A DNA stretch of 64,000 nucleotides from Bilabrum cf. latius (lineage: Eukaryota): positions 1,240,001 to 1,304,000 of the forward strand of contig OZ237746.1 of NCBI GenBank assembly GCA_965178125.1, written 5' to 3'. The notes under the pieces were generated by a model. It was not told the origin of the DNA. It saw only the letters and a program-made list of their open reading frames with translations, and did not search any database. Below, piece by piece: positions 1 through 12,419 of the stretch; position 1 is the stretch's first letter, and each line of letters opens with the position of its first letter. Position numbers and translations under genes: made by a program.

Positions 1-1246
1 CCACCCGAATGTCGCTGTTCTGCTCGTTCATGAGCAGGCCATCCCCGCCGCAGTCCGACAGCATCGAGCGCAGCACCCCCACACTCGTCACGTTGCTGTG
101 CAGCACCACGCAGGCCTGCCCCGCGTGCTGCACCTGCACGCCTTCCAGCGCGATCCCCGAGGCGTCCGCCACCTCCAGCGCGCCCCGGCTGGGGATGTAC
201 GTGCGCGCGCGGGCGTCCATGCCCCCGTCCGTGGAGTGCTGCACCGCAATGCCCTGCATGGATATGTCCGTTGCGCCGGCCTCGATGCTCACCACGGTGC
301 GGAGGCGAGGGACCACCACCCGGGAGCTCCCCGGATCGAACCCCGGAGGAGGCAGGAAATAAAGCTTGTTCCTCCCGGCGGCAGCGTCCCAGTACCACTC
401 CCCCGGCTCATCCAGCCCCTCCCGCGCGTTGTCCACGAGGAACCGCTGGCCCCCCTGCACGGCGTACTGCCCCACGGCGCCTAGCGTCTGGTCGCGGAAC
501 TGCACCGTGCCTGTGGACTCGTCGACGGACTGCACGCGCGCCCAGTCCGCCGTCCACGCATTGAACACCAGCACGCTCACGTTGGCCAGGTCGTACAGGC
601 CGCTGTGCAGGAACTGCAGCGCGGACGGCTCTACCACCATGCCGGTGCGGTCGGCGGGCGGGCACCCCGCGCTGTTGACCGCACTGCCAGCCCCTCGCTC
701 GATTCCGTTGGAATCAGCGGATGCGCACGGTTGGAGCGGCTTGGCCCACCGCGCGGTCGAATTGGGCCCGAGGAACCGCTGGTAGGCCTCGCTCGGGTCG
801 CTCGGGACGGTGCGAGCACGCTGCATGCGAAACCCGTCACAGAACAGCTATGTCACCTCAATGCCTGCTGGAACTGAATATTCCAGAGTTCCAGCTGGGT
901 ATGGTGCTGGCGCTGGCACCGGGTTTGACAGCAGACTGCCGCCAGACACCGTACCTGGACCTTTCCAAACTGTCCCGGAATCTGATGCATTCAGGACGAG
1001 GGTATCTGGCAGGTAGTGGGTGCCACCCTATAGATAAATGTTAACACGACGCACGGTTGTGCTCCCCTGGGCCTCTCGCGCCATGGCTTGGGCGAGCAGC
1101 GGCGAGTCCACTGGATCCTCGCGGTTGCCTTTGGCGCCTGGCCGGCCGCTGGGCGAGACGAAAATCTCAAGGAAGCTCCCGCTGGCATGTGCGATTGGTA
1201 CAATACATAAATGTACAAGTAGCAGCACCTTGGGTAAGACACGCAT
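1..1246 (-). CDS. Secreted right-handed parallel beta-helix (pectin-lyase-like / GH141-like) protein, 3' end runs off the window
   Basis: ATG at 1246 gives a signal-peptide-like MRVLPKVLLLVHLCIVPIAHA. Motifs include IFVSPSG, IYL*GGTHYL, *LFCDGFRMQRAR, EGLDEPGEWYWD and beta-helix repeats (LEGVQVQHAGQACVVL...SDCGGDGLLM). Two in-frame TAGs (1028-1030, 848-850) are read as Gln. Confidence 0.75.
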
Positions 1247-1366
1247 CAGTGAACGGGAATGGTAACGTTGGTATGCTTCGGTTGCATCATGTGGTGCTGA
1301 CGACGAGCAACTTTCAAGAGGAGTGCCGCAGTGCTGCATGCAGCTACCTAGACTAGACTATAGTCG

Positions 1367-2125
1367 TCAGAAGTCGTCCCCACCGAGCCCACCGAGCCCG
1401 CCCCCAAACAAAGCACCCCCTCCTGATACCCCGTCCCCAACACCCCCGAACTTGCCCGCCTCGTCCTCCTCCCCCATGGAGGACCCCTCGTCCTCCTCAC
1501 CCTCGTCCTCGTCCTCGTCGCTGCTACCGGCCCCCGCCCCCGCGCGGGGAGCACCTCCTTCCTTTGGCGGATTCTTGATAACCACCTCCTTCTCCTAATC
1601 CAGCAGATGCAAAAACTTGTCTTTCTACACATCTGGTACCAAGCGCTTATCGGTGGGCGCACTGCCAGCCGCCGTCGACGAGCTCGATATCATAGTGCCG
1701 CCCAGGCCGTCCACACCGCCGGCTGCGGCAACTTGCTTCTGATGCTGACTGATTGCATTGAATAGAGCAACAACACCTTTTGTGGCAATTCGTTTCAACT
1801 ATCTCTCGAACGGCTTGTCGAGCGGGTCCGGAGGCTGATGTGCCCGGCGACGAAGCCGTTTTCGTTCCTTTGCTCGCTCCTTTTGCTCCTTCTTTTCCTG
1901 CGCAAGCTTTTCTGTTCGTTTCTCTGAAGCCGTGTGTCGCTTTGCGAGCACAGGGTCCTGCTACCCGATGTCTTTGCCGAGAATGTGCTGCATGGCAACT
2001 GCAAAGCCAGTCGGGGCCTCTTCTTGTGCTGTTCCTTCGATCCTTGCTCGCTTTTCATCCTGCGGCTGACCTCCCATTTCCTATCTACCGCGTTTACGAC
2101 CAGATATAGCGCGTTGAGACTCCAT
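1367..2125 (-). CDS. RRP15: RRP15-like pre-rRNA processing protein (~252 aa)
   Basis: Single frame from ATG 2125 to TGA 1369-1367 with 5 TAGs (2081, 1961, 1799, 1625, 1595). Motifs FAVAMQHILG, PVLAKR, FER*LKRIATKGVVALFNAISQHQK and KDKFLHLL, followed by an acidic tail. Confidence 0.88.
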
Positions 2126-2197
2126 TTGCGGCAGTATGGCCCGCTATTGCACCTGTGCTCTCTGCCGAATTGTCCAGTGCCGAAATCCGATATTCCG

Positions 2198-5100
2198 ATG
2201 GAGCTCTCGCCTGCCGGTCGAAATTCGGCCGGAGCGCGTCCCGGCTCAGCGCAATACTTCATGGACCAGTCAGGTAAGTGTAATTGGTAAAGTTTCACCC
2301 CTCGCGTGGGTACTTTGCTTCGTGTCGAGCTGCAGTCAGGATCCCGACTGCTCCGAACCGCGGTTTCATCGCTCGGGCGGCACAGAATATGTTATGATGC
2401 GCGGTTGTCCAATCTGGAGCGGCCTGTTACTTTGTGTGGTCTGTGCCATATGTCAGTACACGTGGCTTGGCGTACAGTGCTCGAAGTACCACGGGAAGGA
2501 CCTGCCGAATATTCCGGTGCATTCGCGACCACTGCTGCGATTCGCGATGCACTTAACCAATCCACTTATGTACCGGCTCATTCGATGTTGCAGAAATCAA
2601 TGGACTAGCTAGGCAGCAGCCATTCCTCAACGAGTTGCTTCGGCTGCTGCATGACTCTCCTGAGCTCATTTTCGAGAAGGCTGGCGGGCGGTGCCTGTCC
2701 ATCCCTCACATTGGCAAGTTTCTCAATTCCATGCGACCGCTGCGCAAGTCTAGGGCGACCAAACCAGAGGGTAAGCTGCCGTGGGACGGCCACGACGAGT
2801 CTGTGTGGCAGACGTTCGGCAAATCGACCTTCAAGCGGCAGCTCAGCAACTACGGATTTACGTACGCCCGCGTTGCCGCCACGGGCATCGACGTGAGTTT
2901 TCCCAAGCAGCTGGGACACCTGCCCGTGGCCAAGGCCTGGGAGGCCCTGGCTCAGCTTGGCCAGAACCGCCGGCGCCGCCGGGACCAGAAGCGCAAGAGC
3001 AGAACGGAGGACTCCCCCGCTGGGGGCAGCGGCGGCGGCGGGGGGGGCTCCAAGGGGACAGGGGCCTCCTCCAGCAGGAGCAGGCCATCGGCTGCATCGG
3101 CCTACGCGGCGCACAGCGCTGCCCAGCAGGAAGCCGCGCGCCGCCGCCGCCGAGCCATGGGTGCGTCTGGGCGCAGCAAGGGGCTGCGGGGCGCGGGCGG
3201 GGCGGGTGCCTCCGGGAGAGGGGGGGCGGGGGGCGCGGGAGCGGCTGACCTGTCGCTGGAGCAGGCAGCACAGGCCCTGGCGAGCGTCCGGGGCGTGGGG
3301 GAGGGCGGCGATGGGGGGCACCACCACGGGGGGGGGCACGGGCACAGGCACCACGGGGGGCGGTCGTCCTCGGGACGGCGCGGGAGTGGGGTGGGCCCCG
3401 CGGGGAGGCCCAACGCGGCTCTGGCCAAGGCGCTGGGGCTGGTGCCGCAGGAGGGACAGGCCCTTCGGCAGCGCGGGCTGAGCGAGTCGCTGTCAGCCGC
3501 CGCCGAGGCCGCCGCTGCCTCGGATGGGCTGGTGTTCGGGACGGATGACGGGCCCGCGTCCTCGCCGCGGTCCCTGGGCGCGGGGGCCGGGTACAACCTG
3601 CAGTACAGAGGTGGGCGACACAGCCGCAGCTCCAGCATGGCGCGGCATGCGAGGGGGCGCGGCATGACGGACGATGAGCGGTCCACTGGCACGCGGGAGG
3701 ACGGGGCCGCGAGTCCACATTCCCAGGTGTCGGATCTGGCGGCCTCTAAAGCGGCGGCGATGGAGGCAGAGGCGGCGGCGAGGCAGGCCGGGAGCCTGGG
3801 CGGGGGTGGCAGCTCGCGGCGGGGCGCTGGTCGGGCGGGGCACGGGTCGTCCTCGTCCTCGTCGTCGTCCTCGAGGCAGCACCAGGACGCGCTCGCGGCG
3901 CTGCACAGGGCCGAGCAGGAGGCGCAGGCCCGCAGTCGGGCGGGGAGCACGGCGGTGTTCCTGGCAGGGGGGTCGCACCACAGCGGAGTGGGGCATGCTG
4001 GCCACGGCCTGCGGGGGGGGCGGGGTGGGGGTGGGAGCGGGGCCCGGGGAGCCGTGGGATCCTTGGGCGAGTCGAATAGCTCGGGGGCACTGGATGACGA
4101 GATTGATGTGGGGGTGCACGACGTGACGCTCGGGGGCGCGTCGGTGGGAAGCGGGGCGGAGGGTGGGGCGCCCACCACCCCCGCGCTGGGACCGCTGGGG
4201 TCTGCCCCCGGGTCGGGGGCGGGACCCCCCGGCCGCCGGTTTTCCGTGCTGGACGCCTCCTCTGCGGCTGCGGCCTCGCGGGTCAGTGAAGCCCTCGGGG
4301 GCGCGGGACAGGGACAGGGGCAGGGACAGGGCGACGCCAACAACGGGGAGGGCGTGGGGCTGGGGCTGCCCGCGCTGCCTTCCGCCGCGGCGGCGGCCGC
4401 GGCTGCCGCGGGCGGTCTGGGTGGTGCCGCGGTGGGGTCCGAAGGTCGCGCGAGCACTGGTTCCTCCGTGTCTCGGCGATCCCACGGGACGGAGGGCGAG
4501 GGGGACCGCGCTGCGGGCGGGCTGGCCAGGGACCTGCTGGCGGACGACCGCAGGACGCGGGCCTTTAGCACCGCGAGCGGGCTGATGGCGGGGAGTGGGA
4601 GCGCGGGGGGGGCGGGGGAGCACAGGGGCGCGGGGGGGGGCGCGGGGGGCAAGTCCGGAGGCATGCCCGTGGGGGGGCTGCTGGGCACGAGGGGCGGACA
4701 CAGGCCCAGCGTGAGCTTCGGGGGTGCCGCGGGGGCGGCGGCTGCGGCTGCTGCATCCTCTTCGTCAACCGGTGGCAAGTACATCGGGTCTGCGGGCGGC
4801 AGCGCGGCACCGGGGGGCCAGCTGGCGGCCGCGGCCTCGTCCAAGGTGTCTTAGGACGCCTTCGGGAAGGGGGGCAAGGACAGGCATGGGTCTGACGCCG
4901 GGTTGGGTGACCAGTACATCCAGGACGACGACTCGGCGCTGGCGGGGCCCTCGCGACGGGCCCGGTTCATGAGCGCCGCCTCGATGGCCAGCGAGGGGGC
5001 GGGCGGGCTGCTCCTGCGAGCGGGGGCCTACGGTGGCCACGATGACGATGACGACGACGATGACGACGAGCAGGATGAGGACGATGAGGAAGTGGAGGTG

Positions 5101-7122
5101 GGCGGGGGGACCATCGGGGACGGGGCCTCCTCCCGCGGCGGCGGCAGCAGGGCGGGCTCCAGACGGGGCGCGGGCGGGGGCAGGGGCGGGGGCAGGGGCG
5201 GGGGCAGCGGGAGGGGACGAAGAAGAAGGGGGTCCACTGGGCTGGGGGAGGCCCTCTCGGCGGCAGCCAGCAGCGTGCGGGGGGGCGAGGACGGGGACGA
5301 TGACGAGGACGACGTGCACAGCCAGGGGATGGGGATGGGGATGGGCGCGGGTGGCTACGACCGCACCCCGCAGCTGTCCCCGGTGGACTCGGCGTCGCAA
5401 GGGGGCCGCATGGCCTCCTCGGGCACGTTGCCGCCGGCGGGAGAGGGCGTGGTGGTGGCCAGTTCCGGAGGGATGCTGCCTCCTCCCGGCATCCGGGCGT
5501 CGTCTTCTTCTTCTTCTTCCCAGGCCGCGAACGGTGCGGGAGGGCCCGACAGCTCGCCCTCCATGGCGGGGCTGGCCCTTGCAGATGCGCTTGTTCCCCC
5601 GGCGGGTGCCACCGCCGAGGACGGGGTGGGGGAACACAGGCACGGGCACGGGCATTCGGGGGAGGAGGCCGCCGGAAGCAGCGCCCGTGTGCGGCAGTAC
5701 GGCGACTACGGCTCGGGGACGACCCACGAGGTCGACGCGGGGGCCGGGGCCGGGGCGGGGGCGGGGGCTTTGAATGGGGCCGGTGGCGCGGTGAGCTCGC
5801 CCAGTGCGGGACCAGGGATAGGAGGTATGGACGGGGGCGGGCTCACGATGGCGGTCGGCCTGGAGCACATGGGCGGCGGAAGAGGAAGAGATGGGGCGCG
5901 GGTCCCGGGCAGCGAGAGCAAGCCGCCCGCGGGTGGCACGCTGGCGCGTCTGCTGGCGAGTGGAAGCGCGACCGTTGGCGGGGAAGAAGAAGGGGATCTG
6001 GCGGGTGCTGGCGCTGGTGCCGAGGAGGGGACCTCTGCCCGCACTCGGCCGTGGGACGAGCAGCAGAGGTAGAGGCAGCAGCGGGGGTCCCACCCACTGG
6101 GCCCCCTCGCAAGGGCGGGGCACCTGAGCCAGGAACAGGTGGCGCGCATCGGGCCGAGCGGGCGGATCCGGTGGGACCCGGAGCTGAAAGTAAAGGAGGA
6201 CGGGTCGTCGTCGAGCGGGGGAGGTAGTGCGGCCGGTGGGATGGTCGCGGGTCGCAAGCGGCCTCGAGAGAGGTCGGGCACCTTCCACGGGGACCCGACG
6301 ATGCTGGTGGCGCTGGCCACTGCGAGCGAGCTGCATGGCACTGCAGCGGCTGGCGGGGCCATCGACAGGCAGCAGCCGCTGGAGGAGGTGGCGCGCCTGG
6401 GGTCCTCGTCCTCGCTGGAGGAGCGAGCGGGGCGCGGGGGCGGGGGCGGGGCTGGTGGAGAGGGCGGGTCCGTGGGACCGTCTCCCGCCAAGCGGAGGAG
6501 GGTGGCCTCTGTGGTCTCGGAGGATGGGAACAGGAGCGGGCTGGACGTGCTCGCTGACGTGGGCTCGCAGGTGAGCCCTGCCCGCGGGTAGGAGGGGCAG
6601 GGGGCCGCGGAGAGGGAGAGGGAGAGGGGGGGCAGCGCGCGGCGGTTCTTCGACAGAGAGGGCGGGGCCTCGGGTGGCACGCCCCCCGGCAGCGCGCGAC
6701 GGTCCCGGCCCCGCAGCAACTCGATGCCTCAGGCGTACCACGCCGCGGTGGCCGGGGTGCGCTCCCCGCTGCGGCCGGGGCTGGGGCTGGGGGCGGGGGC
6801 CGGGGCCGCGCTGGGAGCGGGGAGGGGGGGCCTGGGCGGTGCCGTCGGTGTGGTGGAGCCTGCGAGCGGCGGCGGGTGGCTGGGGCCCCCCGTCGTGTCG
6901 GAGGGAGGGTCCGTGGGATAGGGCGATGAGCAGGAGGGAGGGGGTGCCGGGTCACCATCGGAAGGGATGGTCGGGAGCAAGCGGCCCCGGTCAGGCAGCC
7001 GCAGCACGGGGAAGAAGAAGAAGGGGGCAGCCAAGGATAAGGACAGTGAGCCGCCCGCCGTTCCCACCGTCACCCGCAGCGGGCGGCGATCCAAACCGAG
7101 CGCCAAGTACAAGGGGACTTGA
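2198..7122 (+). CDS. HSF-type DNA-binding domain protein with a very long low-complexity G/A/S-rich region (~1534 aa)
   Basis: Exon 1 is 2198-2273. Intron 2274-2593 (GTAAGT...TTGCAG) is phase-compatible. Exon 2 is 2594-7122 with TAGs at 4852, 6070, 6589 and 6919, ending at TGA 7120-7122. HSF-like motifs PFLNELLRLLHD and STFKRQLSNYGF. Confidence 0.75.
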
Positions 7123-7205
7123 GCTGGAAGATAGGCATTGATGCTTTGAATGATCGCCTATGCTGGCACACAGATAGTCATGGCTGAAGAAGGAGAGGCT
7201 GCACA

Positions 7206-8106
7206 TCAAAACGACTTGCTCCCCGCACGACTATGCCCTCCGGTCTGCTTGCTGCCCGCGGCCGGGTCGGGCGCTTCAGAGTCCCCGGAGAGAGTCTCTT
7301 CTGCACCTGTGCCATGCCTACCATCGCCCTGGTCCTTCAAGATGCTGCGGATAGGGGCCCGGAAGGAGGCAATCAGTCTGTCTGCCGCTGCCTGCATGCC
7401 ACAATGCTCCACGGGGAGCCCCAGGGGGGCATCTGCTCCTACTGCCGGTGCGCTGCAGGCAGTGCTAAAGGAAGATGCTTCCCCAAGTCTCCGGTTGGCC
7501 CCATCAGAAGATGCAAACGTGGCACTGGCCCTACCTTCCGCCGCAACTGAGCTCGCGGGGCTCGGCGCGGGATACAGAGCCAGGAGGTCGGCCAGCAGTA
7601 CGCCCTCCTCCAGTGCCGCCTCCCCTCCAAACTCGACATCCAGAAGCAGGCCTTTGTTTGTGCCAAGTTCACTTCCGATTCCACCCCGCCGGACTCCCAC
7701 CACGAGCCCCACGCCTGGGCGGGTGGGGTCTCTGCGGCGAGGCGCCCTCACCGCGTCACCCACCTGTGGAACGCGGGTCCCAACGGCACGGGGATCACCC
7801 AGCTGGCTCAAATCCCGTATATCGTCGAGAAATACATTATCTTCCACTTCACCAGTGTCGTACAGCACGCTTCGGATGCTATCTCCAGCGTGGTTTCGCA
7901 GGGCTTCCATCACTGTGCCGGGGGCCCACATCTTACCGAAACGGCAGCATACCTGCAAAAATTATGAGTGATGCAAAGGGTCTGACGGATAGCTGTGACA
8001 CCGTGAGGCAAGCGCTATTGCGATGAATTGGTCCCACCTCGACGCGGTGGCCGGGGGCGAACAGGACCGGGCCAGTCTCGTGCCGCCGGCGGAAGCTGCC
8101 AGCCAT
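7206..8106 (-). CDS. Tudor/Agenet-like domain protein
   Basis: Exon 1 is 8106-8038 (alternative ATG at 8124). Intron 8037-7953 (GTGGGA...TTGCAG). Exon 2 ends at TGA 7208-7206. The spliced sequence FAPGHRVEVCCRFGKMWAPGTV...VLYDTGEVEDNV resembles a Tudor barrel, and a second degenerate copy follows (QVGDAVRA...LDVEFGG). Confidence 0.6.
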
Positions 8107-8184
8107 TCGAATGGAATCAACCATGGGAAGAAAGCAGCAATGGTATCACACGATTTGCATCGCAGGCAACACAATGGAGGAGGC

Positions 8185-8202
8185 GAGAGAGAGAGAGAGA
8201 GA
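8185..8202. repeat. (GA)9 microsatellite
   Basis: gagagagagagagagaga is directly visible between the RT stop codon and the Tudor gene start. Confidence 0.9.
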
Positions 8203-8344
8203 AAATAGAGTTTTCGCACGCAATTCAATACCAGAGACAATCCGAGGACTGCCACCAAAGTAACGCGCACCTTAACAGGGGACCCAGCTGTACCCGCGTT
8301 GGCGGAGCCAGTCAGGACCTGAAAAGGCCTCTGAAGAAATAGTT

Positions 8345-8393
8345 GGTCTGGTTAAGACCGATACATGCCTAGGACCCGTGTCCTAAGCGCATC
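8345..8393 (-). other. Two adjacent predicted stem-loops just 3' of the RT stop codon
   Basis: On the minus-strand RNA, GAUGC-GCUUAGGAC[ACGG]GUCCUAGGC-(AU bulge)-GUAUC (8393-8360) is followed immediately by GGUCU[UAACC]AGACC (8359-8345). Confidence 0.5.
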
Positions 8394-8413
8394 GCGTTGA
8401 GATCTCCTGGGAG

Positions 8414-11400
8414 TCAGACCCAGTCGAACGTCCGCAGTGAGGGAGCATGCGCGAGGAAGGCCTGGCGAGGCGTGAGGCGTTCAGCCTCTCGCCACCAGAC
8501 CGCCATATAGTCCGCCTCTAGGACTTGTTGCCTGCTCCAGATCCGGGAGCGTGCTAGCCTTGCCGTTCCCTTCGCCCAGATGCGTTCTAGCACCTGAAGC
8601 TCCTTGCTGAGGGCGCAACGGCCCAGCGTTCCTGTCATCCACTCTCCGATGAACTAGTTCTCGGAGGGATTCAGTATGTGTCCGAGCGGGTGGGCTCGGA
8701 TTGCAAGGTCTCGGGCTGTTGGGCTGCCCGAGCTGAGTTGTTCAGCTACGCACAGTTGGCAGGACTACAACCCCTCAATGGCTCGTCCGAAGCTCTCATT
8801 GGCCCTCTGCTACAAGCGTCGGATTGCACGTCGGCACCGTTCTTGGAGTTGTTCGAGGGTGCCTTGGACGATAGAGAGCTCCAAGGAGTCTGCGTCCCCT
8901 CGGTGTTCCTGTGTCAGCACCTGCTCCGTTTTGACGTGTTCCATCCATAGTGCTCTCCCCACTGCCGTGGGTGCCCAGGGTACGTCCGTGTGCGTGGCTT
9001 CCGCGCGCATCATCTCGGCCTGTACCGAGCGTTCTCCTCTGTGGTGCATGGTCCCTTCCCGAGGGTAACGCCCAGTGAGCCATCGTAGGATGAGGCGGCC
9101 GTCTCGGCCTCGCCAGGTGCTCCGTGCTATCGCCGGCATGGCCGAAGGGCCGAGGATCCGGGAATTGTCCAAACCGATGCAGCTCTGTAGGTATTTCATG
9201 CCTACAGAGTCCTCGTCAAACTTTGCCCAGGCGTCTGTCGCTACCGGGTGCATCGTTTCTGCTTCGCGCAGTATACCGGCAGCGTGCGTGCTGGAGCTCG
9301 ACTTCAGCAGTGCAGTCGCGTCCCGTAGGATATACGGGCACAGCCACGAGGTGAACGTTCGTTTCAGCTGCTTGCGGTTCTTGGTGTTGAAGATCATCTG
9401 GAAGACGGACTGGTCTCGTGCGCCATGTTGGCACCTGTAGACTGCGGCCATGTTCGCCATAGGTCCCTGGGCACTAGGTTCGTGCTTGACCATGTACCAC
9501 GCGGTTAGCTGCATGTGGGCAGGCGTGTCTCCGCTCAGCAGCACCAGTGAGCAGCCGTACGCCTGTGAGACAGCTCTGGCCATCGCGTCGGCCGGCCAGA
9601 CCAGCGCCCTGACCGTGTCCTTCGGCAGGAAACGGCCGCCTCCTTTCTTAGGAAGTCGGGGGGCTGCTTCGACCAGGGCGGCCCTGGCACAGTCTAGGAC
9701 CTCGTCGACAATGTTCAAAGCTGCCTTGTTCCAGACTATACCTGGTACGTAGGTGCATTTCACTGTCTTGCGTTTTAGCTCCTGCTCGAAGCCTGCTGGT
9801 GCCGCTGAGAGGTGGAGGTCTTGCAGCACCGTCCCGTAGACTGCACTGTACAGGATCGAGGACAGCTGTGCAAGGCTCCAGTCAGAGTTCACGGCTGCTT
9901 GGCAGATGTCCGCAATGCTTCGTCTTGCCTTGCCGGCTTGCCTCTCCAAGTGTTTCACTGGGTCCAGGACGTGGAGCTGTCTAGTACTTCCGTCGGCCAT
10001 TTTGACCGGTGCCCGTCTGGTGTGTAGACGGAAGCCGAGGTAGTCGTACTTGTGGACCAGTCGGATTGGCTCCAGTGGTGCCGTGGCTAGAGTGCCAGGA
10101 AGTTGCTCTTGGATCCTGAGATTGAGCTCCTCTGGGGTGAATGCAACTGCACGTCCGCTTTCCACGTCGTCGTCAGTTGCTTCGAACGCCTCACGGGTCA
10201 GTCCGGTCGCCATCACAGCTGTCTTGCTCGTGTAGCCATTGCTGACTGCTCTTACGCCCAACTCATGGCCAGACTCATGGTGTCCAATGGAGAGCACTGC
10301 TACAGCCGTCAGCGAGCCGCTCTTGCACAACATAGTGACGCAGGTGTCGTCCGCGTACAGCGTCTGTGGCTCCTTCTGTGCGATGTCCCAATCGGCTGTC
10401 AGTGGTGCCGCTTGCGGTCCTGCGCACGCCTGCCTGACGTACTCGTTCGCAGGTACCATTGATACCGCGAAGCCATCTGGGGAGATGGGATCTCCCTGGC
10501 ATGTCCCCTTTCCTCGCTCGAATGGTTCCGATCGGGTGTTGCTTGGGCGGTGGTACACCTCCGCTTTAGCTTTCATCCTATTGACGAATGCACTCGAAGC
10601 GGTCGCGCTCAGTCCAGCCTTCTCTAGCGTGTACCGCATGATAGGCCATTGGACTCGGTCGAATGCTGCTTTCAAGTCTCCGAACAGGAGCACGAGGCCC
10701 TGCTTCCCCGCGGTGAAGGTCTGCTGCAGAATCTTCAGGATTGCGATCACTCGGTCACGGCGCAGCGTGAAGCCGAACTGCGAAGCTCCTTTCGTTTGGC
10801 GTTGAGCCATGACTTCCTGGCAGTTGCCCAGCAGGATGATGCCCAATACCTTTGCAATCACGTCTGCGTACTAGATGCATCTGTAGTCACTGCATCGAAA
10901 GTCACGGTCGTCCGGCTTGCCTTTGAAGGCTGGTGCAATGAAAGTGCGCAAGAGGGTCAGCGGGTACTATCCGCACACCATTGCGCAATTGTGGATAGCT
11001 TGAAGGGCCTTGAGGAGTGTGTCAGGGTACTTGCGTTCTCCGTCGGCGAAATCGAATGTGAGTCTGATTGCGCGTGTTGGCACCCCGCTCGGCCCCGTAG
11101 CCTTTCCGGACTTCAACTACTTGATTGCAGTCGAGATGTGTTCCTCGGCAGCGTCATCAGTCACCAGCATGCCGATTTTCGGGGATGTTGGCATGTGTTG
11201 GCCCAGGACCTCGATGAATCTTGAGAGACCCTCATCAGTGGACGTGTCCACTGTGTTGGCCGTTGCGTTGGTAGCGCTACTGGAGTAGTATGCCGCGTGG
11301 GCGTCCACTGCCTCCTAGGCATTGGAGGTCCGTGTCCCGTCTTCGCGGTCCACCATTGCAATAGCTCGTTGCTTTGATCTTCTGGCCCCGAGTTGGCTCG

Positions 11401-12133
11401 ATATCGTGCGGTACGCCTCGCGGGCAGGTAGGACCTTCAGAGCTTGTTGGAGTGCGTGGGCATCGCAGCGGATACGATCTCTGGTGAGACGTGTCACTGA
11501 TATCGTGTCACTTCCTGCAGCTGCAACTACTCGTTGAAGCACCATCTTGTTCGCGAGGTTGCTCGGTTGTAGGTCTGCGGGGGCCAGGGAGGACAGTGCA
11601 GTCGGGAGCAGATGCTTGCCCCAATCGCAATTGGTCGCTACCCTAGCCTGTACCCGTCGTCGCAGTTTGCTGATCCTTTTGATCATGGCGTTGGCCTCTG
11701 GGCACTTGCCAGACCCAATCTCCCGTATTGACGTCTCGCGCCTGTCTGCGTGCTTGCTTTTGATCTTACGCAGCAGGGAGGCAGCTGTGTCCCGGATGCA
11801 GACAGTCTCGGTCAGAAGGGATGCGTCCTTGTGTCGCTGGAGTCTTGCTCTTTGGGCCCTTTTTACCATGCGAGAGATCTTCGCACGGTGCTGGAGGCGG
11901 CTGCGTGGGGCTGCTTGTTGGCGCTGGGCTGGTCCAACCGCGGCCTCGCAGGCTTTGGAGTCACAGTCTGCCAGCGTGGAGACCAGATGTTCCAGTACTG
12001 TCGTGGCTTGGCCAAGGATGCTGGCCTTTTCATCTCCTCCCGCTCCCGAGTCTTCACCTAGTGTCAGGGCTGCTGTGCTCGCCTGCTTGCTCAGCTCCAT
12101 CAGCTATGGCTGTTCGGCCAGCAACTGTGCCAT
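8414..12133 (-). mobile_element. Non-LTR (LINE-type) reverse transcriptase ORF, ~1239 aa, no recognisable endonuclease
   Basis: One frame from ATG 12133 to TGA 8416-8414 with 8 TAGs. RT motifs AIK*LKSGKATGPSGVP, DYRCI*YADVIAK, QFGF, FGDLKAAFDRV, GTCQGDPISP, YADD and YDYLGF. The C-terminus has a CQLC...HIL knuckle-like segment and LARSRIW. Confidence 0.85.
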
Positions 12134-12419
12134 CTTCCTGCGGTATCGGCGGACCTGGGCTTTGGTACGTGGTCTCCGTAGCGGCGAGCACTGCTCGCGG
12201 CGCCGCCGGCGGCGTCCCAAACCGGAACCGACGCGCACTTTCCGGAGAAGATATGGATCGTGCGTAAAGACACCGAGAACGGGGTATCTGGAGCCTTGTT
12301 TTTGGCGATCAGGATATCAATCGTGTATATTTGATAGTCTTTCTGAGGATTACCTGGTACAATTACGTAGATATCGACTATATCACCCTAGAAGTGGTAC
12401 AACTGCCTCACGATTCGCT

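Noticed and set aside
8414-12133. RT interpreted as telomerase, LTR/DIRS pol, retron or group II intron
   Set aside because: The motifs are non-LTR type (K.GKA.GP.G, D...AFD.V, QGDP.SP, YADD, YLG). I see no T motif, protease, RNase H, integrase or LTRs.
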